Shown: positions 29,238 through 38,993, numbered from the stretch's first letter. The stretch is DNA of 64,000 nt from Acidobacteriota bacterium (GCA_016934295.1 JAFGTD010000101.1:12334-76333); one strand, 5' to 3'. Notes: generated by a model from the sequence alone, not told the origin. Numbers and translations are program-made.

Positions 29238-30131
29238 TTATTCCAGTCCGGTTTCTTCTTCAAGCAATGCGAGGAAGATTGCGGCTGCGGTCAGGTCCGC
29301 GGTCGTGCCGGGATTCAACTTGTGGGCTTCGTCGCGCAAAGCACGATCCATTTCCTGAAGTTTCGCCCGGCCTTGAGGCGTAAAAACACCCCCCTGCAGA
29401 AGAACCTCCTGTGCCGAATTTGAAACCTGGCGGGAAACCTCCACACCGTTTTTTCTGGCAACCAGAGAGTCCGGCACTCGACCCAGGATTGTAAGAAATG
29501 CCTGGACAACAGCATCGGAGCAGGTCACTCCCCTAGCGAGGGCATCTTTCAGGGCCGGCAGCGCGGTACCAAAAGTGATCTCAAAGCCTGTAATATATTC
29601 CGATGCAATGGAATCCCGATCTTTCGCCAGATCCATTGCTTCCAGCAAAGTCATTGACGGCTCTTCGGAAACATCCTGCGCAGCGGCTCGGCCCAGGCCT
29701 CCGGGATTTGCCGCCCGGATAGCCTCATAAGCCAGCCTGGCGTCCTCAACCGTAAGCGCACCCAACACGTCGCCCAGGTCTTTTCGTATTTTCCCAATAT
29801 CCTCCATCGGTTTCCCGATATCGACCAGGCAGGCTTTTGCAAGCGGGGCCAGAAGCAGGATAATTCCGAGGTTGGTATTGTTCCCTACCAGCTTCCGACT
29901 GTCATTTACTGCATGCAGAATAGTCCGGCCTACACTTGAATGCCCGGATTTCTCGAATGCGGGACCGATCGCAACGGCGCTGAGCAGGAAATCCTCAAAG
30001 CAGGCGTCGGTAAAATCGTGATGCCTGCTCACATTGCCCGGTTTTGGGGCGCAAACCTCCCGGATGCAGGCTTCCTGAACCATTTGTGCGATCCGCTTTC
30101 CTTTATCCTCTTTCATGATACAATCAAACAC
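29238..30131 (-). CDS. triphosphoribosyl-dephospho-CoA synthase (CitG/MdcB)-like protein of the H4MPT/MFR cofactor-biosynthesis gene set
   Basis: 297 aa with CitG-family resemblance (PKPGNVSRHHDF...NTNLGIILL). Such homologues sit among H4MPT-linked genes in methylotrophs. Confidence 0.5.
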   Translation of the reverse strand: MFDCIMKEDKGKRIAQMVQEACIREVCAPKPGNVSRHHDFTDACFEDFLLSAVAIGPAFEKSGHSSVGRTILHAVNDSRKLVGNNTNLGIILLLAPLAKACLVDIGKPMEDIGKIRKDLGDVLGALTVEDARLAYEAIRAANPGGLGRAAAQDVSEEPSMTLLEAMDLAKDRDSIASEYITGFEITFGTALPALKDALARGVTCSDAVVQAFLTILGRVPDSLVARKNGVEVSRQVSNSAQEVLLQGGVFTPQGRAKLQEMDRALRDEAHKLNPGTTADLTAAAIFLALLEEETGLE

Positions 30132-30268
30132 TGTATTTTGATTCGCCGATTGATATCGGAAAGACCTGAAATTTGTACGGCCCTGTTCGATTCATTGGCT
30201 TAAATACAAACCGTTTATAAGTTTTTTTCATAATATCCCAATCCGAATCCGAATCAACAGGGGGAATC

Positions 30269-30796
30269 ATGAATGATTTACGCTATCCCATCGGTACTTT
30301 ACAAAGGGAAGACAAAATCACCAGTGAGAAGCGGCATCAATATATCGATCAATTTGCAGAAACACCGTCAAAGCTCCTTGAGGCGGTAAGCGGCCTGTCC
30401 TCCTCTCAACTGGATACACCCTATCGCCCCGAAGGGTGGACGATCCGGCAGGTGGTCCATCACCTGGCAGACAGTCATCTCAATGCGTATGTCCGATTTA
30501 AACTGGCGCTTACCGAGGAAATCCCGACCGCCAAATCGTACGATCAGAAGAGCTGGTCTGAACTCGAGGATTCCCGCACTGCACCGGTCGAAGCTTCGCT
30601 TTCAGTATTTGAAGGATTGTATCAACGCTGGTCTATCCTGTTACGTTCCTTGAGCCCTGAAGGCTTCGCCAGAACATTACATCATCCGGATTGGGGCATC
30701 ATCAGTCTCGACAGTTATCTCGGTATGTGTGTGTGGCATGGGCTGCATCACATCGCCCATATCACGGAACTGCGGCAACGCATGCACTGGCAATAA
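30269..30796 (+). CDS. DinB_2 / YfiT-like metal-dependent hydrolase family protein
   Basis: Three-His motif positions (HHLADSHLNAY...WHGLHHIAHI). 175 aa. Own RBS GGGGGAA. Confidence 0.65.
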   Translation: MNDLRYPIGTLQREDKITSEKRHQYIDQFAETPSKLLEAVSGLSSSQLDTPYRPEGWTIRQVVHHLADSHLNAYVRFKLALTEEIPTAKSYDQKSWSELEDSRTAPVEASLSVFEGLYQRWSILLRSLSPEGFARTLHHPDWGIISLDSYLGMCVWHGLHHIAHITELRQRMHWQ

Positions 30797-30872
30797 AAGC
30801 TCTCGGTAATCACTTAACGGATTAATTATACTGAAGTGAAGAACGCTGAGATTCCCGAAGTAATTAAATAAT

Positions 30873-31772
30873 TCATTTATCCCGTGTTTGCGCCTTCGCG
30901 TTAGTCTTTTCAAGGACGTGATCGACAATCCTACCTGGGATGTCTACATCAGTGATCTTCTGCAGGCCTCTCCATCCGGGAATGCTGTTAATCTCTATCA
31001 CATACGTCCTGCCGTCTTCCGACTGCATCAGGTCCACGCCCGCATAATTCAATCCTATCGTTCGAACGGCCTCCAACGCCAGCTCCTCCATACGCTGACC
31101 TAATTCAACCGGTGCCAATTCAGCTCCCTTGGAGTAGTTGGTCTTCCATCCTTTTCCATTCCGCTGCATTGCGGCAACAACTTCGTTTCCTATGACAAAC
31201 GCCCGAATGTCTTTTTGAAAATGCGGCAGATATTCCTGAATGTAAAAAATATACCGGTTCAGTTCCCAGGCCCGCAGCACCCGGTAGGCAGTCTCTTCAT
31301 CCGAGGTCCGGACAATCCCCTTCCCTTCGGAGCCGAAAAGGGGCTTGATCACGACATCTCCCATATCATTGCAGGCATTCAAAGCCGTCTCGAAATCCTC
31401 GGTTACCAGGGAACGGGGAGTCGGAATACCTGCGTCCGCAAGAAGAAAAGACGTGTAGTATTTGTCCACCGTTCGCTCTATCGCCGAACCGGAATTGACA
31501 ACAGGAATCCCCAGCTTTTCCAGGCGGTGCAGAACGTCCATGCGGAAAATTATCTGTTCAAGGGATCCTGTCGGAATGGTGCGCACCAGCAGAGCCCGGC
31601 AACCATCCAGGCGCTCTCCACGCACCTCGACACCGGGACTGTCGCCGATCCGTCCCGCCAGGCGGGTAATGTTAAAAAAAACCGGTTCGCAGTCCCTGCT
31701 GCGCACGGCCTCTTCAAGAGCCAGCGCGTGATAGCCCCTTTGGGAGGACAGGATTCCTATTCTTGCGGACAT
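30873..31772 (-). CDS. RimK-family ATP-grasp alpha-L-glutamate ligase (MptN-like, tetrahydromethanopterin:glutamate ligase family)
   Basis: 299 aa. RimK-type ATP-grasp (VIKPLFGSEGKGI, YVIEINSIPGW). Directly downstream of mch in the same operon. Confidence 0.6.
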   Translation of the reverse strand: MSARIGILSSQRGYHALALEEAVRSRDCEPVFFNITRLAGRIGDSPGVEVRGERLDGCRALLVRTIPTGSLEQIIFRMDVLHRLEKLGIPVVNSGSAIERTVDKYYTSFLLADAGIPTPRSLVTEDFETALNACNDMGDVVIKPLFGSEGKGIVRTSDEETAYRVLRAWELNRYIFYIQEYLPHFQKDIRAFVIGNEVVAAMQRNGKGWKTNYSKGAELAPVELGQRMEELALEAVRTIGLNYAGVDLMQSEDGRTYVIEINSIPGWRGLQKITDVDIPGRIVDHVLEKTNAKAQTRDK

Positions 31773-31775
31773 ACC

Positions 31776-32747
31776 TCAGTCTTCCAGAAGTGAGCTTCTC
31801 AGAAGCGCGGGGTTGATACTCCCGGAGCGGAATGTGCGCCCCGAATTCATGTTACTGATTGCAACACGGGCGGGGCTGAAAAGCATGGGATCGATCTGGT
31901 AAAAGTCCCCGTTATAGCGCCGGAACAGTTCATAGAACGGCGTGCCGTAATCCCGGGATCCCGCGGAGGGAATCCTGTCGATCAGGAAAGCCAGTTCCTC
32001 ATCCTCCGCAGCAACCGCAAAGAAAGCCTGGCTTCCGTACAGGATGGCGTCGTTGGTTCTGCCGATTGCGTGCAGATCGTCCGCCGCAACAGGTGCCAGC
32101 GGGCAAACGCCGGAAGCCGCCTTAACTTTACGGACGTCAAATCCGAGCTCCGCCAGCTTGTGCATTCCGGTCTCGGCCGACCGTGCGGCGATTTGAATCG
32201 ATCCCACAAGGGATGCCGTCGGCGCAATCAGCAGACAGACATGATCCGGCTTGACCCCGCATTTTTCAGCAACAAAAGCGGCCAGGTCCTCATCCGGCAT
32301 CCGGCGCCCCTCCAGCATCAGAACAGCCGTATCGAACTGATCTTTATATTCCAGTTTCCGGAAGATTTCTTCATCCGCGAACAGCGCCCGCGCAGGGCCC
32401 GACCCCATGGCGAAAAACTGATCCTGTTTCACGGCCCAACCGGCATACTGCGAAGCCATGCAGGCGATATGGGGAGAACTGACGCTGACCTCCACCGTTG
32501 GAAGCCAGAACGAACCTCCGTCCGAATCCCGAAGGTGATAGCTTTTATCGCTGAAACCGACCTGCGCCAGCCCGCCCAGGCAGGCGCAGGAAAAGAGCCG
32601 GCCGGCCTCCAGGCTGCCGGAAACCTCAATCCCGGCATCCAAAACGTTAGCACCGTTTTTTAAACGTTTTACACTGATATCGAGCGCTTCACACTCTTGG
32701 ATCATCTGAACCACAATCGATGCAGCCCGTTGGTTAACGCTGATCAT
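31776..32747 (-). CDS. mch: methenyl-tetrahydromethanopterin cyclohydrolase
   Basis: 323 aa. N-terminus SVNQRAASIVVQMIQECEALDISVKRLKNGANVLDAGIEVSGSLEAGRLFSCACLGGLAQV matches the Mch family pattern. Confidence 0.8.
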   Translation of the reverse strand: MISVNQRAASIVVQMIQECEALDISVKRLKNGANVLDAGIEVSGSLEAGRLFSCACLGGLAQVGFSDKSYHLRDSDGGSFWLPTVEVSVSSPHIACMASQYAGWAVKQDQFFAMGSGPARALFADEEIFRKLEYKDQFDTAVLMLEGRRMPDEDLAAFVAEKCGVKPDHVCLLIAPTASLVGSIQIAARSAETGMHKLAELGFDVRKVKAASGVCPLAPVAADDLHAIGRTNDAILYGSQAFFAVAAEDEELAFLIDRIPSAGSRDYGTPFYELFRRYNGDFYQIDPMLFSPARVAISNMNSGRTFRSGSINPALLRSSLLED

Positions 32748-33543
32748 AAACCAGGATTTCTCCTTTCCCCAACCGGTTGAAATCCCCGCTGTAACGCCGG
32801 TAGCAGCCGGTTATGTATTCTTCGGAAATCGACAGACCCTGGAGGCGGAGATCCCGAAGGATGAGCTTCAGAAAACTCGGAGAATAACTGCAGTCATAGC
32901 AGAAAGTGGGCAGCAGTTCCGGTTGATTGAAAGTAACAAGGGTGCCGCGCAACAGTCCGGCACCCGCACGAATTCCCAGTTTCCCGAAAACCATAAGGGT
33001 ACCGGCTATCATAAAGGCTCCGGCGAAATCCCCCGCATTCCCTGCAACTACTATTAATCCCCGTCGCATTACGGCACCCGCTTCATTTCCGGCGTTGCCT
33101 TCGACGATAATCATACCCCGGTTCATACCCCGGCGGCTGCCCCGGTATGCGCCGCCCAGGCCGTGTCCCGCATTTCCATGTATATGGATTTTGCCGCCCT
33201 TCATTTCCGATCCGGCCCAGTCGCCGACATTGCCGTAGACATTGATTACACCCCCGCGCATTTCCGATCCAAGATGCATGCCTGCATCTCCGTGGACCGT
33301 GATCTTCCCCCGAGTCATTCCGGCGGCTATATTTTTTACGCGGCCAAGGTCGCCTTCCAGGACAATCTCCGTCGATCCGGCCCCGGCTACCTTAAAAAAA
33401 TCCCCCAGACAGGCGGCTTCATTGCCATAGGTAACCGGCATCCCGGCAACAGCCGCGACCGAATTGCCGGCAAACCGGTCCGGTACGATGACTCCCGCCT
33501 CCAGAGGTGCCTGCAGCTGCGATTTAAGCGTCAGTACGGTCAT
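32734..33543 (-). CDS. fwdC: formylmethanofuran dehydrogenase subunit C-like (FwdC/FhcC)
   Basis: Repeated Gly-rich beta-helix turns (GNAGHGLGGAYRGS, GNAGNEAGAVMRRG, GNAGDFAGAFMIAG) typical of FwdC/GltB-C-terminal-like proteins. Confidence 0.8.
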   Translation of the reverse strand: MTVLTLKSQLQAPLEAGVIVPDRFAGNSVAAVAGMPVTYGNEAACLGDFFKVAGAGSTEIVLEGDLGRVKNIAAGMTRGKITVHGDAGMHLGSEMRGGVINVYGNVGDWAGSEMKGGKIHIHGNAGHGLGGAYRGSRRGMNRGMIIVEGNAGNEAGAVMRRGLIVVAGNAGDFAGAFMIAGTLMVFGKLGIRAGAGLLRGTLVTFNQPELLPTFCYDCSYSPSFLKLILRDLRLQGLSISEEYITGCYRRYSGDFNRLGKGEILVYDQR

Positions 33544-34438
33544 TCCGCCGAGTCTCTTCCATTATTTTCTGCAGGTAAAACTTGAACTTCCCCAGGTTGC
33601 CCCCGTAGTTTCCCGCCGAGATCCGACGGATGCCCGGAATACAGGCAGCCTGTATTCCCTCACATGTTGCCTTTTCAATAGACTGCACATCCAGCCCGTT
33701 AATAACAATTTCCAATACGGAGTTGACGCCTTCCGGAAGATCCGTATCCGCAACACCGCGCAGGCTCGGACAGAATGCATCGTTTGTACTGGCCTTTAAA
33801 AATTTATACCGGGACCCGACCTTGCTGCCGCTGCGTACGATCCCGCCCGGAAAGGGCATTATAACTCCAGGAACGTGCTGCATCGCCTCCACGGCCAGTT
33901 CCGCCGCCTGCAGCGTCACCCCCGGGTCGCTTCCAAGAATCAGGAAATTCCCACCCGCCACAGCCGGCTGAACACCGAACTTGTCCTCCACCAGGAACTC
34001 GCCTTCCATGACAGGAATACGCCAGTACCGGCAACCGGCGATCACCTTGCTGCTCTGGTACCCATCTCCGAAAAACCTCAACTGTCCACCGACCGAAACC
34101 TTATCCCCTGCATCCAAACCGTTGAAGCAGGCGGTTGTCGGGCACGTCAACACACATTGCCCGATACGATCAATCAATTGCTGCGCCAGGGAATCCTTTG
34201 AAAACCCGAAGAAAAGGACGCTTACACCCGGTCTCCCATCGGGCGTCTGCTTCAGATCGAGTTCGATGGCGCCTTCACAGTGACAGCGGATAACGGAAGT
34301 GGCGAAGCCGGTCATCTTGGAAGCCGCTTCTCGCGCCCATTTTCGATTCACGGCCGTAATAATCACCCGCGAACCCCACATGCCGAAGGCTTCCGCGAAA
34401 GTGTCTTCGATTTCTACTCCATTGATGGAATGCGTCAT
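33524..34438 (-). CDS. ftr: formylmethanofuran:tetrahydromethanopterin N-formyltransferase (Ftr / FhcD)
   Basis: N-terminus INGVEIEDTFAEAFGMWGSRVIITA...KWAREAASKMTGFATSVI matches Ftr closely. 304 aa. Confidence 0.85.
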   Translation of the reverse strand: MTHSINGVEIEDTFAEAFGMWGSRVIITAVNRKWAREAASKMTGFATSVIRCHCEGAIELDLKQTPDGRPGVSVLFFGFSKDSLAQQLIDRIGQCVLTCPTTACFNGLDAGDKVSVGGQLRFFGDGYQSSKVIAGCRYWRIPVMEGEFLVEDKFGVQPAVAGGNFLILGSDPGVTLQAAELAVEAMQHVPGVIMPFPGGIVRSGSKVGSRYKFLKASTNDAFCPSLRGVADTDLPEGVNSVLEIVINGLDVQSIEKATCEGIQAACIPGIRRISAGNYGGNLGKFKFYLQKIMEETRRNDRTDA

Positions 34439-34445
34439 AGGATTA

Positions 34446-34480
34446 AAGGTTCATCGTTCAAGGTTCAGGGTTCAAGGTTA
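34446..34480. repeat. tandem heptanucleotide repeat (AAGGTTCA TCGTTCA AGGTTCA GGGTTCA AGGTTA) in the ftr-fwdA spacer
   Basis: 7-nt periodicity seen directly. Related to the repeats at 37446-37497 and 39978-40036. Confidence 0.6.
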
Positions 34481-34529
34481 AAAATCAAGCTGCAAAAGAT
34501 CGGCGAATAAAATTCAACCGAAAACATCC

Positions 34530-36161
34530 TTACGAATCACCGGTTGTTGCGACTTCCCGGGGGCGCGGCAGATAGTGCTCCAGCTGCACCGGGTAATTCT
34601 CAAATTCGATTGTGTAATATTTCCTGAAGTACTCCCGGATATCTTTTTCGACGGCCGTGTCGTACACGGGCGCGACATACAGGGTTTTCCCGAATGTTTC
34701 CCGACGGATGGATCCGTCCTCCACTAAAACCTCGCCTTCTTTAATCACATAGCGGGGGACGGAGAACATCTTTTCCGCGTCATCGCATTTATCATAGATC
34801 GTAACATCGGCATCGGCGCCGATGCCCAGATGGCCCTTATGCTTCAGTCCCAGGATTCGGGCCGGGGCGGCCCGCGTTATAATAGCGATCTCAAAAAGGG
34901 AATATTCCCTGTCCAGATCCGGCAGCGCCGTTTTGGCGACCGCCTTCGGGTTCACTTTTTTGATGGCCTCCCGCCGAAACTCGCGGTCCATCAGCAGGCG
35001 GATGACCTGCGGGTACGAGACGAACGACGCCCCATTCGGATGATCCGTCGACAATGCAATCCGCCAGGGATCGTTCACCATCAGGTACCATTCCAAACCG
35101 ACGGCCCACTGGGTCGTGTGCATGTGGCTTTTATCCTTGTATTCGATCGGGACAATCCCGCAGCCGCACTCATTTTCTACATCCACATTCACCCATTTTC
35201 GCCCCGTCACCTGATGCAGCATGTGTGCCAGGGGCCCGTCCCCGGTCATGGAGGTCGTATCCCCGAACAGTATCTGCCCGACATCCACCGTCAGGTTCGG
35301 GTGTGTATTCACATATTCCGCCAGTTCCGGAACCCTGGAAACAAACATGCCTCCCGGATCGCCGCCATAGCTGTGGAACTGAACGTGAGCCAGGTGCCCC
35401 CGCACTCCGTCCAGAGTCTTCATTGTCTCCAGGGTGGTTTCCCAGTTTCCGGCAACCCCCAATTCATTACAGTGTATATGTACCGGGTGCGGCAGGTGCA
35501 ATTCCATACCGGCTTCGGCAAGGGATCGTATGATTCCCCGCGGAGTGACCCCGAATCCGACCACTTCCTCATCAAGCGTGTGCGTATTCCCCAGGGATTT
35601 CCACATTTCGACACCTCCCGGGTTCACCATCTTTATCGCATACCCCTTCGTCGCCTGCAGCAGCCAGGCCACGTAGTCGCGCATGCGCCCGCGCTCCCCG
35701 GCGGCTATCTGCTGCATGATGTATTCGTTATTGCCCATCAGGACAAAGAAGCCCTTGTCGACTACGGGAATATCGGAAAATTCCTCATGGGCATGGCGGG
35801 CTGCAATGGGAGGAACCGCGGCATCGAAGGCAGTCGTGTACCCCATTGCCGCATAGCGATACCCCGTCGCGAAAGTTGAGGGTACCGACTTGCCGACTCC
35901 CGAACGCGTCAGGGATGTCCGGGGGACTGGATCCAGCCGGTGATCTTCCGGGCGCATTTTGCGCGCGGTATTCACCTTCGGTCCGGCGATGTGGGCATGC
36001 ATGTCCACGCCGCCCGGCATGACGATCATCCCGGACGCATCGATCGTGCGGCCGCCTTCAACCGAATCTACAACCTTCCCGTCATCGATACAGACATCGC
36101 GCACTTCCCCGTCGATATTATTGGCGGGATCGTAGACTGCCCCGTTCACGATTTTCAGCAT
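34530..36161 (-). CDS. fwdA: formylmethanofuran dehydrogenase subunit A-like amidohydrolase (FwdA/FhcA)
   Basis: 543 aa. Amidohydrolase metal-site HxH (GGVDMHAHIAGPKVN). FwdA-like length and context. Confidence 0.85.
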   Translation of the reverse strand: MLKIVNGAVYDPANNIDGEVRDVCIDDGKVVDSVEGGRTIDASGMIVMPGGVDMHAHIAGPKVNTARKMRPEDHRLDPVPRTSLTRSGVGKSVPSTFATGYRYAAMGYTTAFDAAVPPIAARHAHEEFSDIPVVDKGFFVLMGNNEYIMQQIAAGERGRMRDYVAWLLQATKGYAIKMVNPGGVEMWKSLGNTHTLDEEVVGFGVTPRGIIRSLAEAGMELHLPHPVHIHCNELGVAGNWETTLETMKTLDGVRGHLAHVQFHSYGGDPGGMFVSRVPELAEYVNTHPNLTVDVGQILFGDTTSMTGDGPLAHMLHQVTGRKWVNVDVENECGCGIVPIEYKDKSHMHTTQWAVGLEWYLMVNDPWRIALSTDHPNGASFVSYPQVIRLLMDREFRREAIKKVNPKAVAKTALPDLDREYSLFEIAIITRAAPARILGLKHKGHLGIGADADVTIYDKCDDAEKMFSVPRYVIKEGEVLVEDGSIRRETFGKTLYVAPVYDTAVEKDIREYFRKYYTIEFENYPVQLEHYLPRPREVATTGDS

Positions 36162-37444
36162 GCCTTCAGCTCCTTCACCCCGGCCAGCAGACGGTCGAGC
36201 ACTTCTTCATCCGACGGATAGGACGAGTCCATCACCTTGCGCAAATGAATGGGGATGTTGTCCATGCGATATACCGTTCCTTCAGCGTGAATCCCCGCAG
36301 TAGAGGTCGTAAACGCGATCCGGGCGCTGCGCGTCGTTTCGCTGTCGTGCGTATCCAGGGAGACAAGAGGGATTTCCGCCAGCCGTCGAGCAGCTTTCCC
36401 CGGAAGGCTTGAAATCGGGTCCGCGGCAACGACCAGAGCCGCGTCTGCCTCCCCCCGGCTGAGCAGATCGACAACGGTGTATTCGCCCGGATTGAACCGC
36501 GGATATCCCAGGCTGAAATTAACCCCGAAAGGGTATCCGGTCTGCCAGGCAAGTACGTTGTCGATACCGGTGACGTTCCCGTGCCCGCGCATGGGAATCA
36601 GGGCAAATTTGACATGCCGATTGAGAGCGCGCACCAGCAGAAATACGGCCGAAGTATTGAAATGTTTGCCCCGTGTCTGTGTCAGCCCCTGCCCGACAAA
36701 TATAACGCCGAATTTACAGTGCATCATCCGGTCGGCCAATCCGGTCAATTGTTCATAGGTCAGGCCGGTATTCTCAATGGATATTTCATCCGGTTTTTGA
36801 CCGTTCGCCAGTGCCTGAAGAGCCCAAAGAACCTCAAAATCCTTGCCCGGCTTGATCTGCAGGAAGATGTCCGCGGCGCGCGCACTGGGCGTGCGTCTCA
36901 CGTCGATCAAAACAACCGTTCTTCCTTTTCGTCCGTCAGGTACAAACATGCCTTTAGGGGTCACGGCATAGCGCGCCATATGGCGTGGATGGGATTCTGC
37001 GGGATTGGATCCCCAATAGATAATAAGGTCGGCGCGGTTTTTCACCTCGCCCAGGGTGCAGGTCGGCTCCCCGACGCCCTGCAGCGCCATCCCGGAGGGA
37101 CCGTGACAGACCGACGTGCAGCAGTCGATACATCCCCCGAGAACTTCCGCCAGGGCGACCGCCTTCCGTTGCGCTTCACAGGAGGTGCTGCTTAATCCGT
37201 AGATAAGAGGGTACCGGGCATTCGCTAGACAACGGGCGGCCTCTTCAATCCCTCGATCCAGGCTGACCGGCTTCCCTTCGATCCTCGCAACCGGAAGATC
37301 CGAAGGGGTGCCATGACTTAAAAACCAGGACTTGCCCAGGACACATGCATTTTTTGCCTTTGTGATACGGTCGCCTTCTACAGTGACGCTGATGTCGTCG
37401 CAAACACAGCCGCAGAATGCACAAACCACATGATCGACTTGCAT
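36155..37444 (-). CDS. fwdB: formylmethanofuran dehydrogenase subunit B (molybdopterin-binding), retaining the active-site Cys
   Basis: N-terminal 4Fe-4S motif CAFCGCVC. TSVCHGPSG segment equivalent to the (Se)Cys-HGPS metal-ligand motif of formate-dehydrogenase-type enzymes. 429 aa. Confidence 0.8.
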   Translation of the reverse strand: MQVDHVVCAFCGCVCDDISVTVEGDRITKAKNACVLGKSWFLSHGTPSDLPVARIEGKPVSLDRGIEEAARCLANARYPLIYGLSSTSCEAQRKAVALAEVLGGCIDCCTSVCHGPSGMALQGVGEPTCTLGEVKNRADLIIYWGSNPAESHPRHMARYAVTPKGMFVPDGRKGRTVVLIDVRRTPSARAADIFLQIKPGKDFEVLWALQALANGQKPDEISIENTGLTYEQLTGLADRMMHCKFGVIFVGQGLTQTRGKHFNTSAVFLLVRALNRHVKFALIPMRGHGNVTGIDNVLAWQTGYPFGVNFSLGYPRFNPGEYTVVDLLSRGEADAALVVAADPISSLPGKAARRLAEIPLVSLDTHDSETTRSARIAFTTSTAGIHAEGTVYRMDNIPIHLRKVMDSSYPSDEEVLDRLLAGVKELKAC

Positions 37445-37445
37445 A

Positions 37446-37497
37446 AAAAACCGTTTCCCGTTTCCCGTTCCCCGTTTCCCGTTGAATACAACGGGAA
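37446..37497. repeat. tandem heptamers (CCGTTTC x4.5) followed by hairpin CCCGTT-gaatac-AACGGG in the fwdD-fwdB spacer
   Basis: AAAAAACCGTTTCCCGTTTCCCGTTCCCCGTTTCCCGTTGAATACAACGGGAACC seen directly. Confidence 0.6.
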
Positions 37498-37498
37498 C

Positions 37499-37840
37499 CT
37501 AAAAGAGCAACGGTTTTATTTCGACCTCAAGGTGTTTGGAGTCCGGCATGCCGGACGCGTAGGTTTCGTCTCCAACCAGGCGGTTGCAGGCCGGTCCGAA
37601 GGGAATAAAAGCCAATCCTTCCGGCATATCGCCTTTAAAACATTTGACGGATGCTTCCCCGAATTCAGACTTCAAAACTACAGAATCCCCGTCGTGCAAT
37701 CCAAAATGCAGCATATCCGAAAGATTCATCTCAACCGCGTTCGTAGCCTCCTGATACTCCGGGCCTTCCTTGCCGGTGGATATTCCGGTTCCCTGCTTCG
37801 TGGATCGCCCTGAAATCAAAATTAGCCGAGTTTTATCCAT
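37499..37840 (-). CDS. fwdD: formylmethanofuran dehydrogenase subunit D-like (molybdopterin-dinucleotide-binding beta-barrel domain)
   Basis: 113 aa. Resembles the small MopB C-terminal-domain-type subunit (ISTGKEGPEY...EASVKCFKGDMPEGLAFIPFGPACN). Confidence 0.6.
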   Translation of the reverse strand: MDKTRLILISGRSTKQGTGISTGKEGPEYQEATNAVEMNLSDMLHFGLHDGDSVVLKSEFGEASVKCFKGDMPEGLAFIPFGPACNRLVGDETYASGMPDSKHLEVEIKPLLF

Positions 37841-38993
37841 AAATCTCTTCTTTGAGCTCTTCCGCGAAACGAATCAATTCCGCAAGGGTTTCCTCCCTGT
37901 CCGGCCGGTCTCGCAGAATCGTACATATCGGACCACCCCTGGGGATCGTTTCTCCGGATGCGGGAATATCCCGGATGCCCCTGCCCTTCCAGTTCCGGGT
38001 GTCCGGCACCGTCGCATCCTTCCCGGCAAAAAGGATGCTCTTCCCGAAACACTTCCCGGTATTTAATGCGCTTTCCAGCCTGAAATCCGGAAGTTCCCCA
38101 TGAAGCGCTGCTCTTACATGCAGATGGAAAATTGGAAGCCCGTAAGACTGTTCTATCAACTCCATGGAAGCCGAATAACGGGGATTCACCTCAAGCAGGT
38201 ATATTCGATCACCAGAGAGTATGAAGTCAATTCCATTCACACCCATTAATCCATATTCAGATGTCAGGAATGCGGCCAATCTCTTCAGCTGGTCCAGAAT
38301 TGCCTTTCCGGTATCAGGATCCATGACTTCCGGTAAAGGCAGAAGGTTACCGCAATAACGGAACCCTTGAGAGCCAAATTCCTTTATGCCGATCAACTGC
38401 TCGGTGATTCCGAGAACGACAGCTTCCTTGCCATTCGCTACAAAGGAGACGGAACACGGTCTGCCGGAAATATATTCCTGGAGCATTGAATCCGGAACGC
38501 CATGCATCCTCTCTCTTCCAGGCAATGATTCTGTCCAAAAAGAAATCCCATGTCCTCCCCCGCTCAGCAGCGGTTTCAGCAGCCAGCGGCATTGGGAATC
38601 AACCGGCCGTGTTTCATTGTTAAAGACCATTTTCGGCACGGGAAAACCCGCGCGTCCGAGCCTGTCGAACAGGTCGGACCAGCTGCGCACGGCAGCGACA
38701 ACCCGGGATGAATTTCCGATAATCCTGTGTCCTTCGCCGAATCGGGCAAGTATCCCGGGATAGTTTTCAATGTTGGATGTATAGGCAACGGCGTCAAAAT
38801 TCATCTTCCGGCTGGCTTTAAAGAGTGCCCCGGGGCTGTATCCGGTATGGAAATCGCGACGCAGGGAGTAGGATTCCGTTAATTCCTTCAGATCCCGGTC
38901 GCCGAAGGCATCCAGGGCAATCACGGCATATCCGCTGCGTACAGCGGATTCGGCCATTGCCCGCACGCTTATTCCTATGACAAGAACCTTCAT
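37833..38993 (-). CDS. ATP-grasp domain protein of the H4MPT-linked C1-transfer gene set
   Basis: 386 aa. ATP-grasp signature (IYLLEVNPRYSASMELIE). Overlaps fwdD by 8 nt, suggesting translational coupling. Confidence 0.55.
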   Translation of the reverse strand: MKVLVIGISVRAMAESAVRSGYAVIALDAFGDRDLKELTESYSLRRDFHTGYSPGALFKASRKMNFDAVAYTSNIENYPGILARFGEGHRIIGNSSRVVAAVRSWSDLFDRLGRAGFPVPKMVFNNETRPVDSQCRWLLKPLLSGGGHGISFWTESLPGRERMHGVPDSMLQEYISGRPCSVSFVANGKEAVVLGITEQLIGIKEFGSQGFRYCGNLLPLPEVMDPDTGKAILDQLKRLAAFLTSEYGLMGVNGIDFILSGDRIYLLEVNPRYSASMELIEQSYGLPIFHLHVRAALHGELPDFRLESALNTGKCFGKSILFAGKDATVPDTRNWKGRGIRDIPASGETIPRGGPICTILRDRPDREETLAELIRFAEELKEEIYG

